Below are positions 21,761-33,788 of a stretch of DNA of 64,000 nt, in pieces. The stretch is taken from contig JABVCE010000002.1 of NCBI GenBank assembly GCA_014905635.1, positions 558,001-622,000 of the forward strand, read 5' to 3'. Numbering within the stretch: position 1 is the first letter of the stretch; every line of letters begins with the position of its first letter. The notes under the pieces were generated by a model. It did no database searches, had not been told where the DNA came from, and saw nothing but the letters and a program-made list of their open reading frames with translations. The translations under genes and the position numbers were made by a program. The DNA comes from Scenedesmus sp. PABB004. Its lineage: Eukaryota.

Positions 21761-23694
21761 ATGGAGGAGGCGCGGCATGGAGGAGGGCGTGGAGGCTTGG
21801 AGGAGGGCGTGCGCGCGCTGCTGGCGGAGCTGCCGCGCGCGAGCAGCGGCGCCGACGTGTTTGCTGCGGTCGCAGACCACGTGGAGCGCATGTTCGCCGG
21901 CGTGACCCACGTCAGCGTGCTGCTGCTGCCGCGCGACCCCGGCGCGGGCGCGGTGGCGCTCGGCGGCAGCGACGGCGGCAGGGCGCCGCCAGCCGAGGGC
22001 GGAGGCGCGCCCGAGCCCAGCGCCAAGCTGCAGGGGCTGGACTGGTGCAACTGCTGCGTGTTCCGCCTGACCGGGGGGCGGGGTGCCGTGGTGCAGGAGC
22101 CGCCGGCGTGGCCCGTCGCGTGCACGGCCGCCTGCCACGCCGCGGTCGCCGCGGGCGGCGTCGTCGTCACGGGCGACTACGCCGCGCGCGGGCCGCACTT
22201 CCTCGACTGGAAGAGCCTCGCCGAGCAGGGCGCGGTCAGCATGGCCGCGGTGCCTATGTTTGCGCGCGGCCGCCCCGTCGCGGTGCTCTGCCTCGCGTCG
22301 AGCGTGGTGCGGCAGCGCCGCGCGCGGCGCCGCTCGCGTGCCGCCGCTCGCGCGCCGCCGCCGCGCCGCCGCCGCGCTGCCCACGCCGCCCCCACGCCGC
22401 GCTGCCGCCGCCGCCGCCGCGCAGCCGCACGCGTTTGGCGACGCCGAGGCGCTGCGCGCGCTGGGCGGCGTGCTGTCGCCGTACTGCGGCCTGCTGAGCG
22501 TCACGAGCCGCCGCGCCGAGATGGCGCGCCTCGTCAGCGACGCGATCAGCCCCATTGCGGCGCAGCTGGCGGCGCAGAAGCAGCACAGCCAGCTCGCGGC
22601 GCTCGGCGTCACCGTCGAGGCGCGGCACGTCGGCGCGGGGGGCGCCTGCGTCGCGGTCGGCGGCCAGGGCCAAGGCGGCGCAGCAGCGCCGCCGCGCGCG
22701 CGGCGCAGGGGCGCGGCCGCGCCCGCGCAGGCCGCCGCCGGCGCCGCGGGCGGCCGGGCCGGCAAGGGCGGCGCCGGCAGCCCGGGCGAGCTGGCGCCGG
22801 CGGACGGCGGCATCACGCACAAGCGCTTCGAGTCGGGTGCGCGCGCGGGCTCGTGCGTGCGCGCACCCCCTCTGCGCGCCGCCCAAGCGCCCCCCCCCCC
22901 ACCCCTCCTGCAGTGGTCGTCAAGGGCCGCCCCTGCGACGCCGGCGGCGGCGCGCTCGGCGGCGCGGGGTCGCCGTGGTGGTGCGAGCCGGGCGACCCCG
23001 ACTGCGGGGACTTTGTGTTCAACCTCATCAGCATGGCCGTCGTGTACGTCTACTTCAGCAAGGCCGTGGTCGGGCGCGAGAGCCTCGCCGCGATCCTGCT
23101 CTGCATGGGCGTCGCCGCGCTCGACGTGCTGCTGCTGCTGCTGCGCTGGGTCTGGTACGAGCAGTACGTGACGTACGGGTGCGCCCTCCAGCCCCAGGCT
23201 GCGCGGCCGAGCGCCACCGCCGAGCGCGCCGCCGAGCGCGCCGCCGAGCGCGCCGCCGACCACCACCCCGCCGCGCTGCGCGCAGGGGCGTGCTGTCCAC
23301 GCTGCTCGCGGGGTACCGCGCCGTCGTGCTGCCGCTCGCCAACAGCCTCATGACCTGGTCCCTGCTCTCCAAGAGCGACGTCAAGCCTGGCTGGCCCGTC
23401 GTGATGGGCCTCGGGGTTGCGCTGATTGCCTGCGTCGCCGCGGGCTCGCAGGTGCGGTTCTTCCTGCACGCGCCGCTGCAGCTCGTGAGCGTGCTGTTTG
23501 TCGCCACGAGCACGCCCGACGTTTGCGACGCACTGGTCGCCGGCGGCGCGGCGAGCCTGCGCTGCGTGGGCGCGATGGCGGCGTTGCAGCTGAGCCTGGG
23601 CCTGGTCCTGCCGAGCGTTGTCGTGTGCTTGCAGGAGGGCCGCTCGCGCCGCTTCCTGCCGCACATGCAGGCGAAGCGCGTCGCCTTTTCCTGA
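21761..23694 (+). CDS. Protein with a GAF-like domain and a C-terminal multi-pass membrane domain
   Basis: GAF-like segment VVVTGDYAARGPHFLDW..GAVSMAAVPMFARGRPVAVLCLAS. Spliced hydrophobic exons end in QEGRSRRFL. Three GT-AG introns. Confidence 0.65.
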
Positions 23695-24245
23695 CCTGGC
23701 GCCCCAGCGCTGCACCGGTAACTTGCATGAGCTGTGCTGGCGGGGCGCCGAGAGCGTTCCCACCGTCGCTGCCGAGCTGCGTGTGCGGCGGCCAGGGCCT
23801 GGGCGAGGACGCTGGTGCAGGGCGCAGCACTGCGACGCGTGCTTCAGCTGGGCTGCCAACGTGCGGCGCACAGCCCCCGCGACCACACACGTAGCTCACG
23901 GCCTCTCATCCACTCATCGCGGCGAGGGGACGGCCTCCCGCCCCCCGATCGTGCAGAACAGCGCCGGCCGCAACCGCTGCTGCACGCCTTCCCAGGCGCC
24001 CGCCTGATCACCGCAGCGCCGCCAGGGAGCGGCTCGCCCCGCCGTCCAGCAGGGCGGAGCGCGGGCCGGCCGATCGGCGCGGCGCGCGCGCAGCAGCAGC
24101 GGCCGGCCGCGCCGGCGGGCAGCGGCACCGCCCGGCGGCGGCGGCGGCGGCCGCGGCGACCGCGGCGCGGGCAGCGGCAGCGGCGGCGGCGGCGGCGCCG
24201 GCCCGCGCGGCGGCCGACGCCGCGCGGCGGCGGCGGGGCGGCGCG

Positions 24246-25967
24246 ATGATGCTCAACAGCCACGCGCTGCCGCGGCGGGCCAGCAAGGGCGGGCACGACA
24301 CGGCGGCAAAGCTCAAGTACGTCCTGCTCGGCCTCATCGCCGTGGTGGCGCTCATGCTGCTCTACAACGCCACCGTCATGACCCGCATCGCCAACACGCC
24401 GCCCCGCGCCGCCGGCGCCGCGCCCGCGGCGGGCGCCGCGGCGGGCGGCGCCGGCGGCCCGGCGGCGGCGGGGCCGGCGGCGGCGGCGAAGCAGCCGGAG
24501 GTGCTGCCAGCGGGCACCAGCAGCGTGGTCGGCGCGCCGGAGGTGTGGGCGGCGGGCCCGCGCGGCGGCGCGGCGGCGGCGGCGCTCGCGGCGGCGGTCG
24601 GGCCGGAGGCGCTCGCGTCGCTCAAGGCGCTGTGCGGGCGCTGCCTGTACCGCACGCTCACGTCGTACGTGCGCGTGCACGACTTTGGGCGGCTCGCGGT
24701 CGTGCTGACGGGCGACATCCCCGCGATGTGGCTGCGCGACAGCGCGGTGCAGATGGCGACCTACCTGCCCCGCCTCGGCCGCCGCCCGGGGCTGCGCCCG
24801 TCGCTCGAGGGCGCGATCCGCGCGCAGGCGTACTTCATCCTGCAAGACCCCTGGGCCAACGCGTACAACCCGGCGTACGTGGCGCCGTCGTCGCTCAAAA
24901 AGAACGACCGCCAGCTCGGGCGCGGCGGGTGGGTGTGGACGCGCAACTTTGAGCTCGACAGCGTCGCGTACTTCTTCAACTTCCTCTGGAACTACCACCA
25001 GACGCCCGGCGTGTGGGCGCCCGGCGCGCTGCTCGCGGAGCCGCTCGTGCACGACGCGGTCGTCGCGCTGCTGCGGCTGCTGCAGGTCGAGCAGCACCAC
25101 GAGGCGCGCAGCCCGTACCGCTACAGCGAGCTCCCGCGCGACGGCCTCGGCCCGCCGTGCGGCGTGACGGGCATGGTGTGGAGCGCGTTCCGGCCGAGCG
25201 ACGACCCCCAGCAGTACAGCTACAACGTGCCCGACAACATGTACCTCTGGGGCGCGCTGTCGCGCCTGGCCAAGCTCAACGCCGCGGTCTGGCGCGACCC
25301 CGCGATTGCGGCGTCGGCGTTGGCGCTCATGGCCGACGTGCACGCGGGCATCGTCGCGCACGGCATCGTGGAGCCGTCCCCGGGGGTGCGCATGTACGCG
25401 TACGAGGTCGACGGCCTGGGGCACAGCCTGCACGACTTTGACGACCCCAACCTGCCCAGCCTGCTCGCGCTGCCGCTGCTCGGCTACGAGCCGTACGACC
25501 GCGCCGTCTACGCGACCACGCGCGCGCGCATCCTGTCCAAGGCCAACCCCTACTTCTTCGCCGGCACCGAGCTGCACGGCCTCGGCTCGCCGCACACGAG
25601 CCGCGACTACGTGTGGCCGCTCGCGACCGCGGTCGAGGCGCTCACCACGGACGAGCCGCCCGCGCAGGCGGAGCTGCTCAAGATGCTGCTCAAGATGGCC
25701 GCCGGCAACGGGCTCGTGCACGAGAGCGTGCACGTGAGCTCGGTCTCGCAGTTCACGCGCCCCGAGTTTGGCTGGGCCAACGCGATGACCGTCGTCGCGC
25801 TCGAGGCGCTGCTCGGCGTCGACTGCGACGCCGAGGCCGAGGCGCACCGCCTGGCCGTCATCGGCGAGCGCGAGGCGCGCGAGGCGCACACGCCCGCCAA
25901 CGGCGGCAAGGACATCCCCGCCTACTACGAGCAGCTCGAGGCGGGCATCGTGCACGCGCACGCATGA
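24246..25967 (+). CDS. Glycoside hydrolase family 125 (exo-alpha-1,6-mannosidase-like), type II membrane protein, intronless
   Basis: Motifs TGDIPAMWLRDS, FELDS, SAFRPSDD, AYEVDG, DDPNLPSLL, HESVH and FTRPEFGWAN. N-terminal TM segment YVLLGLIAVVALMLLY. Confidence 0.92.
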   Translation: MMLNSHALPRRASKGGHDTAAKLKYVLLGLIAVVALMLLYNATVMTRIANTPPRAAGAAPAAGAAAGGAGGPAAAGPAAAAKQPEVLPAGTSSVVGAPEVWAAGPRGGAAAAALAAAVGPEALASLKALCGRCLYRTLTSYVRVHDFGRLAVVLTGDIPAMWLRDSAVQMATYLPRLGRRPGLRPSLEGAIRAQAYFILQDPWANAYNPAYVAPSSLKKNDRQLGRGGWVWTRNFELDSVAYFFNFLWNYHQTPGVWAPGALLAEPLVHDAVVALLRLLQVEQHHEARSPYRYSELPRDGLGPPCGVTGMVWSAFRPSDDPQQYSYNVPDNMYLWGALSRLAKLNAAVWRDPAIAASALALMADVHAGIVAHGIVEPSPGVRMYAYEVDGLGHSLHDFDDPNLPSLLALPLLGYEPYDRAVYATTRARILSKANPYFFAGTELHGLGSPHTSRDYVWPLATAVEALTTDEPPAQAELLKMLLKMAAGNGLVHESVHVSSVSQFTRPEFGWANAMTVVALEALLGVDCDAEAEAHRLAVIGEREAREAHTPANGGKDIPAYYEQLEAGIVHAHA

Positions 25968-26677
25968 CGTGACGCGCGGGGCAGCAGCCGCGCGCGCGGG
26001 GCTGCAGCCGGGCGGCGCGGCTGCGCGCCGCGGCGGCGGCCGGCGGAGCGGCGCGGTCGGCGACGCCGCAGTCGGCGGCGCCGCGCAGCGCTGCAGGCGG
26101 CCGCGCAGCGGGAGGGAGGGCTGCGGCGGCGTGGGAGGGTAACAGGCCGCACGCCGCGGATTACCCGAGCCGCCAACTCAACCACGCACGCAGCGCCGCG
26201 GGCTCGCCGCCGTCGCATGTACACCGACCGCCTCCTGCTGCAGCCCCGCCGCCCCGCCCGCCCGCCGCCGCAGGCTCTGTACACAGGCGCGTGCCGCCGC
26301 GCGCGCAACGGCCGCCGCGGTCCGGGTCCAGTGGACCATATGAGACAAAAAAACACGAGTTCACGCAGGCGCATCGCCACGCCGTCCCCCCTGCATCCGC
26401 TCCCGCCTGCCTGCCTGCCCCCGCCCCCGCCCAGCCAGCGCCGCCGCCGGGCGCGGCGCGCCGCCGCGGCCGCGGCGCGTGCCCCCCCCCCCCCCTGCAC
26501 GGCCATGCCGCTCCCCAGCGCGCGCCGCCGATCACAGGCGCCCCTGCGCAGCGCCCAGCCAGCCCCCCCCCCCCCCCGCGCTGCTGCCCCCAGCAGCAGC
26601 GCCGTGCCCCGCCGCCCCGCCCCGCCGCCGCAGCGTGCCGCACACGCGTCTCCGGCGGCCGCCGCGCGCCAGGCGCG

Positions 26678-27784
26678 TCACCTGAACAGGCGCGCCGGCG
26701 TCGTCGCGCCCAGCCCCGCGCCCGCGGGGGCGAGCCGCCCCGTGGGCGACAGCGGGTTCCACGGCACCGGCGCCGGCGCGGGCGACGCCGCCGCCGGCCC
26801 CGCCGGCGACAGCGCGTGCGGCCAGCCGCACACCGGCTGCTCCTGCTGCTGCTGCTGCTGCCGCGCGTGCGCCGCGAGCTGGCCCTGGCCCGTCCAGAGC
26901 TGCTGGCGCGGCTGCGTGAACTGCGCGCGGAAGAGCGCGTCCGGCGCGGTGCGCGGCTGCTGCGGCGACGGCAGCGCCGTCGCCGCCGTCTGCCAGTGCT
27001 GCGCCGCCGCCGCGTGCTGCGCGGGCCAGGGCTGCGGCGCGGGCGGCGCGGCGAGCGGCGGCAGGCCCGCCGCCGCCGCCGGGCGCTGCAGCTCGCCGCG
27101 CGGCGTGCTGCAGGTGTCGTCCTCGTCCATGGCCCCCTCCGACATGTCATCGTCGTCCGAGTCGGCGCCGAAGCTCAGCCGCCGCACGGGCGCCTCGCCC
27201 GAGACGCGCTGCGCGGCGGGCCGCGCGGGCCGCGGGCGGCGGTTGGCGGACCGCGCGCGCGCGCGCGGCGGGCGGTCCGCGTGCGGGCGCGCGGCCGCCG
27301 CGGCCGGCCGGCGCGGCTGTCCGGCCACCCCCTGTCCCGCCCCCTCTCGTCCGCGCTCACGTCGAAGAAGGCCGCGGGCGTGCGGCCCTTGCGGGGCGCT
27401 CCCGGGCAGGCGGCGCCAGCGCGGCCCTCGAAGAGCAGGCGCGGCGCCCGGGGCGTGCCGGACTCGTCCGTGGGCGACACGGCCTGCCGGCGGGGGCGGA
27501 GCGGGTGAGGCGGGGCCGGGGGAGCGCGCAATCGACCGCGAGCGCACAAACCCCCGCCCCCGCGCAGCGCGGCCGCGAGCGGCCCTGGCACGGCGCGGGT
27601 GATTCGGAGCCCCTGCCGCCCGTGTCTGGCGCCCCGCCCGGCCGCGCGCGCGCAGCCCTGCGCGGCGAGAGCGCACCCTCGCGCGCTCCGGCGAGCCCTC
27701 CTGCGCCGGCGCGGGCGCGGCGGGCCAGGGCTGTCCTCCAAAAGCTGCGGCGGCGCCATACCCGAACGGGTCGGGCGCCGCCAT
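26678..27784 (-). CDS. Small disordered protein with SIAMESE-related-like motifs (candidate CDK regulator)
   Basis: Three exons joined by phase-0 GT-AG introns give SGTPRAPRLLF..CPGAPRK..FFD|RVSGEAPVRRLSF..CSTPR. Confidence 0.5.
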   Translation of the reverse strand: MAAPDPFGYGAAAAFGGQPWPAAPAPAQEGSPERARVRSRRAGLRARGRAGRQTRAAGAPNHPRRARAARGRAARGRGFVRSRSIARSPGPASPAPPPPAGRVAHGRVRHAPGAAPALRGPRWRRLPGSAPQGPHARGLLRRERGREGAGQGVAGQPRRPAAAAARPHADRPPRARARSANRRPRPARPAAQRVSGEAPVRRLSFGADSDDDDMSEGAMDEDDTCSTPRGELQRPAAAAGLPPLAAPPAPQPWPAQHAAAAQHWQTAATALPSPQQPRTAPDALFRAQFTQPRQQLWTGQGQLAAHARQQQQQQEQPVCGWPHALSPAGPAAASPAPAPVPWNPLSPTGRLAPAGAGLGATTPARLFR

Positions 27785-28041
27785 CGCGCGCCGAGCCCGC
27801 GGTCGGGCGGCAGGGGCGCGCGCTGCGCGGAGCGAGGCTGGCGCGGGGGTGAGTGGCAGCGTGCGGTGCGTCCTCGACGGTCGGGTCGCAGGGAGTGGCC
27901 GCAACGCACGGCCGCGGCGGGGCGTTGGCGGGCGCTTGAGACCTGACCGCGGCCACCGTCACAATTTGAAACGCGTCCGCCCGCCGCCCGCCGCCGCAGG
28001 CCGCCGCTGGCCTCACCGCTCGCCGCCGCTGGCGCGGGCGC

Positions 28042-31000
28042 TCAAAACTCCTCAACCTCCACCCCCACCAGCCCGTCCTGGGCCTCGCCCTCGCCCGCCT
28101 GCTCGCCGCCGTCGGGCGGCCGCGGCGGCTCAGGCTCCTGCTCCTGCTGCTGCCCCTGCCCTTGCTGCTGCTGCTCCGGAGCCACGCCGCCAGCGCCCGG
28201 CGGCAGGCCCGGCGGCCGCCGCCGCGGCGCGCGGCCGCCCGCGGCGCGCGCCGCGCGCTGCCCGGGCCTGGCGCCGCCGGCGTCGACGCTGCCCTCGCCG
28301 CCCTGCGGCGGCGGCGCGGCCGCGGCCGCGTGCAGGCCAGCGATGATGCCCTTGGCGCCGCCGGCGGGGGCCCTCTGCTGCTGCTGGCCGGCCGCTGCCG
28401 CCGCCGCCGCCCCGGCCCCGCCGTCGCCGTGGGGTGAGCTGTACTTGCGCTCGAGCGTGAGCCGCGTCCACAGCAGCCCCAGCAGGCGCCGCCACGCCGC
28501 CGCGGCCTCGCGCTGCTGGCGCTGCACCGCCGCCGCCGCGCGCTCCGCCTCCTTGGCCGTGCACGCGGCGACCACGTCGCGCTCAAACTCCTGCGCGCCG
28601 CGGCGGTGGCGGCGGCGGCGGCGCGAGCGCCGCATGGACGCGTGCGGGCCCGGTGCCGCGGCGACGGCGGCGGCGGCGGCGGGCAGGCGCTGTCGGGCGC
28701 GGCGCCGGCGGGCGCGGCGCGCCGCGCGCGCACCGCGCACACGACCACGCCCTGCAGCTTGGGCAGGTTGCGGCCGCCCTGCACCTCAAACCCCACCAGC
28801 GCGGGCGCAAAGTCGATGCCGAGCGCCCGGCACGCCGCCGCGACGCCGGGCAGCACGACGTGCACAGTGCCTGGCGGCGGCAGACGGCGAGGCGGCGGGG
28901 CGGCGGCGTCTGCCGGCCTGCGCGGCTGCCGCGGGCACGCAGCGCGCGCGGCCGCCCACAGCACGCACCCTCGGGCAGCGCCGCGGCAAAGGGCGGCGCC
29001 TCCACGTTGCCGTGCTCGTTGCGCGGAACCTTGCCGTCGACGGCCGCCGGCGGCGCCCACGGCTCGGTCTGCCACAGCCCGTACAGGGCCTGGGTGGCCT
29101 GCTCGGCGCCGCTCGCGCCGCCGCCCTGCTCCGCCCCCAGCTCGGTGTCGCTGGCCTCGCCGTCGCCGCCGCCGCCGCCGCCGCCGCCGTGCAGCCAGGC
29201 GCCCGAGCCGCGCGCGCCGCGCGCGCCGCCGCGCCCCCGCGCGCCGCCCGCGCCCGGCGGCGCGCGCTTCTTGGCCGTCTTGGCGGGCGCGGCCAGCTCC
29301 TCCGCGCGCACGTCACGCCCGAGGCGGCGCCAGGCGGGGCGGGTGTTGACGTCCTGCAGGTCCGCGCGCGCATAGTAGGGCTCGCCCTTGTGCAGGCCCA
29401 GCTTGGGCGCGCCGGGGACGAGCGCCTGGCGCTGCGGGACGTGGCGCGCGAGCACGTAGAGCGGGTGGGCCTTGAACCCCTCCACGCTGCTCGGCGGCCC
29501 CGCCGCCTGGCGCGCCGCGCGCGCCGACAGCTCCGCCTCCTCGCGCGCGGCGCGCAGCGCGGCGTCGCCGCCGCCGGCGGCGGCGGCGGCGGCCGCGCCG
29601 CCGCCGCGGCACCCTCCACGGCCGCCTGCTGCGCCGTCCTGCGCCGCTTGGCGGGCTGCTGCTGTTGGTCCGGCTGCTGCTGCGCCCCCGCAAGCGGCTG
29701 CTCCTCCAGCCGCTGCCCCGCCGCCGCCGCCGCCGCCGCGCCGGCCTCCACCTGCGCCGCCAGCTGCCGCGGCAGGTGCGCGGACGAGCTGCGCAGCCGG
29801 GCCATGGTGCCGCTCCACCAGGCCTCGTCGCGCCAGCGCATGTTGACCGTGAAGTTGGCGGCGTACCTGCGAGCACGGCGGGGCGGCGCGAGCGGCGCGT
29901 GGGCAGCCGGCGCGAGCGCGCGGGCGCCGTCGGGAGCGCCCCCAACACGCCCCATCGCGCACCGGCGCGTGACGTCCTTGGGCGCGCCGCCCTGGCACGC
30001 CACGACGTAGCTGAGCGGCTGCCGCCGCGCGGTGGCGCCCTCCACGACGCCCGGCCGGTCCCAGCAGCCCAGCAGCGCGTCGACGTGCAGCCAGCGCCCG
30101 CTCGCGCTGCTGCCCACGTAGGCCTCCGCCCACACCGCCGGCGCTGCGCCCGCGCCGGGCTGCCACAGGAAGCCCTGCGGCGGCGCGGCGGCCGCGGCTG
30201 CCGCCTTGAGCGCCGCCGGCGACGCGCCGCGGTTGATGAGCGCGGGCAGCGAGGCGCCCGCCGCCGTGGAGCCCCTGCTGCCGCTGCCGCCGCCGCCGCC
30301 GGCGCCTCCACGGGGAATGGCCGGCACGCCCCTGCCGCTGCCGCCGCCGCCGCCGGTGGGCGGCGGCGAGCCCGCCGCCGGGGCGGGTTTATTCGCTGCT
30401 GCTGGGACGCCCCCCGCCGCCGCCCTGCCCTGTGCCGCCGCCGCCGTGCTTGCCATCGCCATGGCGAGCTGGCGCTCAAACTCCTCGTCGCCCTTGCGCA
30501 AGCTGCGCTGCTCCTGCTCCTGCTCCTCCGCCGCCTGCTCCTGCTGCCCCTCCTGCGCGCTCGAGCTCTCCGCCTCCCTGCTGCTGCCCGCTGCCGCTGC
30601 GCCCTTGCTGCCGCCGCGCCGCTGGCGCTTGCCGCCGCCGTCTGCACCGCCGGGCGCCGTCGCGCCCGCGGGGCTGGCGGCGGCGCTCAGCGCTCGCTTG
30701 CGCCAGCCACCCTTGCCGGCGCCGGCGCCGCCACCGCTGGGCGGCGGCGCCGGCGCCCTGGACCTGGCGGGGTTGATGCTCTTGCCGCGCGCCAGCGCGT
30801 CCACCGCCGCTGGCCGCAGCGGCAGCGGGTCCAGGCTCCTGCGGCGGTGCAGCGCGCGGGCCGGTCGGCGGCCGCCGCAGCCGCCCGGGTGGTCGCCACC
30901 GCGCGCCGCGCGCCGCGCGCCGCGCGCAGCGCACAGCGCGCTCACCACACGCTGCGCGTGAGAAAGCCCGCGCCGCGCAGCAGCGCGACCAGCAGCGCCG

Positions 31001-31891
31001 CGAGCTGCGCTGCGCTGCCGCGCCGCGCCGCGACGCACGCCGCGAGCTGCGCGCCTGGCGGCGCGAAGCCCAGGCCCAGGTCTGACGCCAGGTCCTCCTG
31101 CCACGACGCGCCGCGCCGCCGTGCTGCGCTGGCCGCCTGCACCGGGTGCTCGCTCGTCGCAAACGCGCGGTGAAACCAGCGCAGCAGGTCCGGCAGCCAC
31201 GCCGCGGGCGCCGGGTCCTCGCTGCTCGCCGCCGCGCCCGCGGCGTCGAGCAGCTCCGGCGGCACGATCGACAGCAGCAGCGCCTGCAGCTCCGGCGACG
31301 ACGACGCCTGGTCCGTGATCTGCGCGTGCGCCAGGAGGCACAGCGTGTGCACACGGTGCACCTGCGCGGCGGGCGCGGGCAGGCGGGCGGGCGGGCGGGT
31401 GCGCGTGCGGGCGGGGACCGCCCCCCGTCGCCGCTGCCTGGCGCCGCGGCCCCGGCGCTGCCCCGGCCCGGGCGCCGCCGGCGAGCCCACCTCCAGCGCC
31501 GCCTGCCGCTCCTCCTTGGTGTAGGGGCGGCCGCCCTTGCGCTTGCGGTCGCTGGCGCCCTCGCCGCCGTCGCCTGTGAGGCGGGCGCGCACGATGCAGT
31601 GGGCGCGGCGCTGCTGCTCCGCTGTGCGCGCTGCGGCGCGCACTGGCCGCCGCTCGCCGCGGCGCGCCGCCAGGGGCGGCATGCGCGCCCCGGCCAGCGA
31701 CGGGCCGCAGCGCAGCCCCCGGCGCGCCGCCGGCGCGCCTCAGCAGCAGCGGCGCCGCCTGGCGCCGCCCGCGGGTGCCGCGCACCGAGCTGGATCGTGA
31801 TGTCGCCCGCATCCGCATCCTGCGCCTCGCTGACGACGCCCCCTGGCTGCACCGTCTCCCACTCGGCCTCGAACTCGACGTCTGAGTCCAT
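28042..31891 (-). CDS. XPC: DNA damage recognition protein XPC/Rad4
   Basis: Motifs VHRVHTLCLLAH, WAEAY..WLHVD, YVVAC..KDVTRRY, FKAHPLYVLARH, LYGLWQT..VDGKVPRNEHGNVE and IDFAPALVGFE. Confidence 0.92.
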
Positions 31892-32231
31892 TTCTGGCGC
31901 GGGCGCCGGGCGCGCTGCTGCTGGTGCGGCAGCTGCGGCCGCCGCGTGCGCCGCGGCCGCTCGTGCGGCCGCGAGCGGCGTGTCGCAGACAACAGAGGCG
32001 CGAGGAGGTGGGGCGGGAGAGCCGCCGCGCGACGGCAGCCGGCCGGCCACGGCGGCACAGCGCAGCAGCGCGCGGGGGAACCGGCGCCGGCCGGCTGGGG
32101 GCGGCGGCGCAGCTGCGACGGGAGCTAGGCGGTCTGTCTGGTGCGGGTGGCGAGCAGCCGGCACGCGTTCACTCTCGCTGGCTCAACTCGGAGTCCTCGC
32201 GCGCTCGACCATAACTTTGGCCCGCATGCGC

Positions 32232-33466
32232 TCAGCCCGACAGCAGGTGCTGCTTGAGGAACGCGACCAGCCGCTCAAAGGCGAGCTTCGGCTCCGCCTC
32301 GGGCGGCTCCGCCTGGCCGATCTCTGCGGCGCGCGCGGCGCGGCGCGGCGGCCCGCCCGGGTCGGCGCGCGTGCGGCGGCGGCGGCGCGGCGGCGGGCGC
32401 CTCGCTCGCTCGATGGACGGCTGGCTCACCCTTGATCTTGGCGCGGCCCTTCTCGGTGAGCGCGTTCATGAACGCGTGGCCGCTGTTTGGGAACATCAGC
32501 AGCTCCACGGGGCCCGCGCCCGCCGCCTGCATCTTGGACACCACGGCGGCGATCGACTGCGGCGCGCGGCGCGCGTGCGATGGAGGGGGGCGCGACGTGA
32601 GCGAGGGCCCAGCGGGCGCGACGGCGGCGCCCGGGCGGCGCCTCCGCACCTCTGGGTCGCTGAACCCTTTGAGCGTGTCGAGCTCCCCGAAGTGCGCCTG
32701 CACGGGCACCTTGATGGCCGTCGGCTGCGCGGTGGGGTGCGGGGCGGCGGCGGCAGCGACTGAGCGTGGCCCCGCTGGCGCCGCCGCGGCCGAGGCCGGG
32801 CGGGCGGCCGGGCGCGGCGCGGCGCGGCGTGGCGCGGCGCGGCGTGCGCGGCTCACGTCACAGATGGCGGGGTCGGGGATGCCGTAGAAAGGCGCCGCGC
32901 ACTCGACCGCTGCGTGCTGCGCCGCCGCAAACGCCAGCGCGCCGCCCATGCAGAACCCCACGACGCCGACGGCGGGCGCGCCGCTCGCGCGCAGGTGCGC
33001 GGCGGCGTCGCGCAGCTCCGCGACGGCGGCCTTGAAGTCGAGCGCGCCCATGAGGTGGCTCGCCTCCTCCGCGTCGACGCCGACCTTGCCCTTGTACAGG
33101 TCCGGCACGAGCGTGCGGAACGGCCCCGCGGCCGCGATGAGCGCCGCGTGCTCCTTGATGATGTCGTTCACGCCTGCGGGGGCGGCACCGTGCGTGTGTG
33201 TGGCGCGTGCGTGTGTGTGGGCGCCGGCGGGCGCGCGGGCCGGCGGCGCAGGCGCGGGCGCGCGGGCCGCGCTCACCCCACCACTCCTGCAGCACGATGA
33301 CGGCGGGCGCGTCCTTAGGCCCGGTGGCCCAGCCGTAGCCGCTGCCAAAGTCGACGCGCTCCATGCTGCCGGCGGCGGCGCGGACGGCCAGGCGCCGCGC
33401 GGTGGCGGGCTGCGGGCGCAGCGGGGCGGCGGCGGGCAGGCGGCACGCTCTCGCCGCGGCCAGCAT
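32232..33466 (-). CDS. Dienelactone hydrolase family (carboxymethylenebutenolidase-like) with a transit-peptide-like N-terminus
   Basis: Motifs VIVLQEWWGVND, VPDLY, nucleophile elbow GVVGFCMGG, PFYG, HFGELD and GHAFMN. Confidence 0.9.
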
Positions 33467-33788
33467 GCGGCAGCTGCGACGAGGCGGCGGCGGGAGCGTC
33501 AGCGTGCTGCGGCCGCGGCGGTGCGGCCTGTAGCTGCCCGGGCGTGCAGCAGCGGTGTGCAGCAGCGGCGGCGCATCTGGTGCACCTCTGAGCGTGCTGG
33601 TGGTGGCGCGGCGATGCGTGCGGCCCGGTAGGAGGGTGGGAGGGTGATGTGCGCGACTGGAGGGCAGCGGAGGCCGCGCCCTGCGACGGCGGCAGGGCGC
33701 GAGGGTGCAGCGCCGCGAGCCCTGGCGCTGTTCTGCGGGACCCATGCAGCAACGCACTGCGCGCTCTGCCTCACAGCATGAGGTGGCC

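Noticed and set aside
18521..23266. 1581-aa ORF and many other long Arg/Ala/Pro-rich ORFs
   Set aside because: Stop codons are rare at this GC content. These ORFs are shadows of real spliced genes in other frames or strands.
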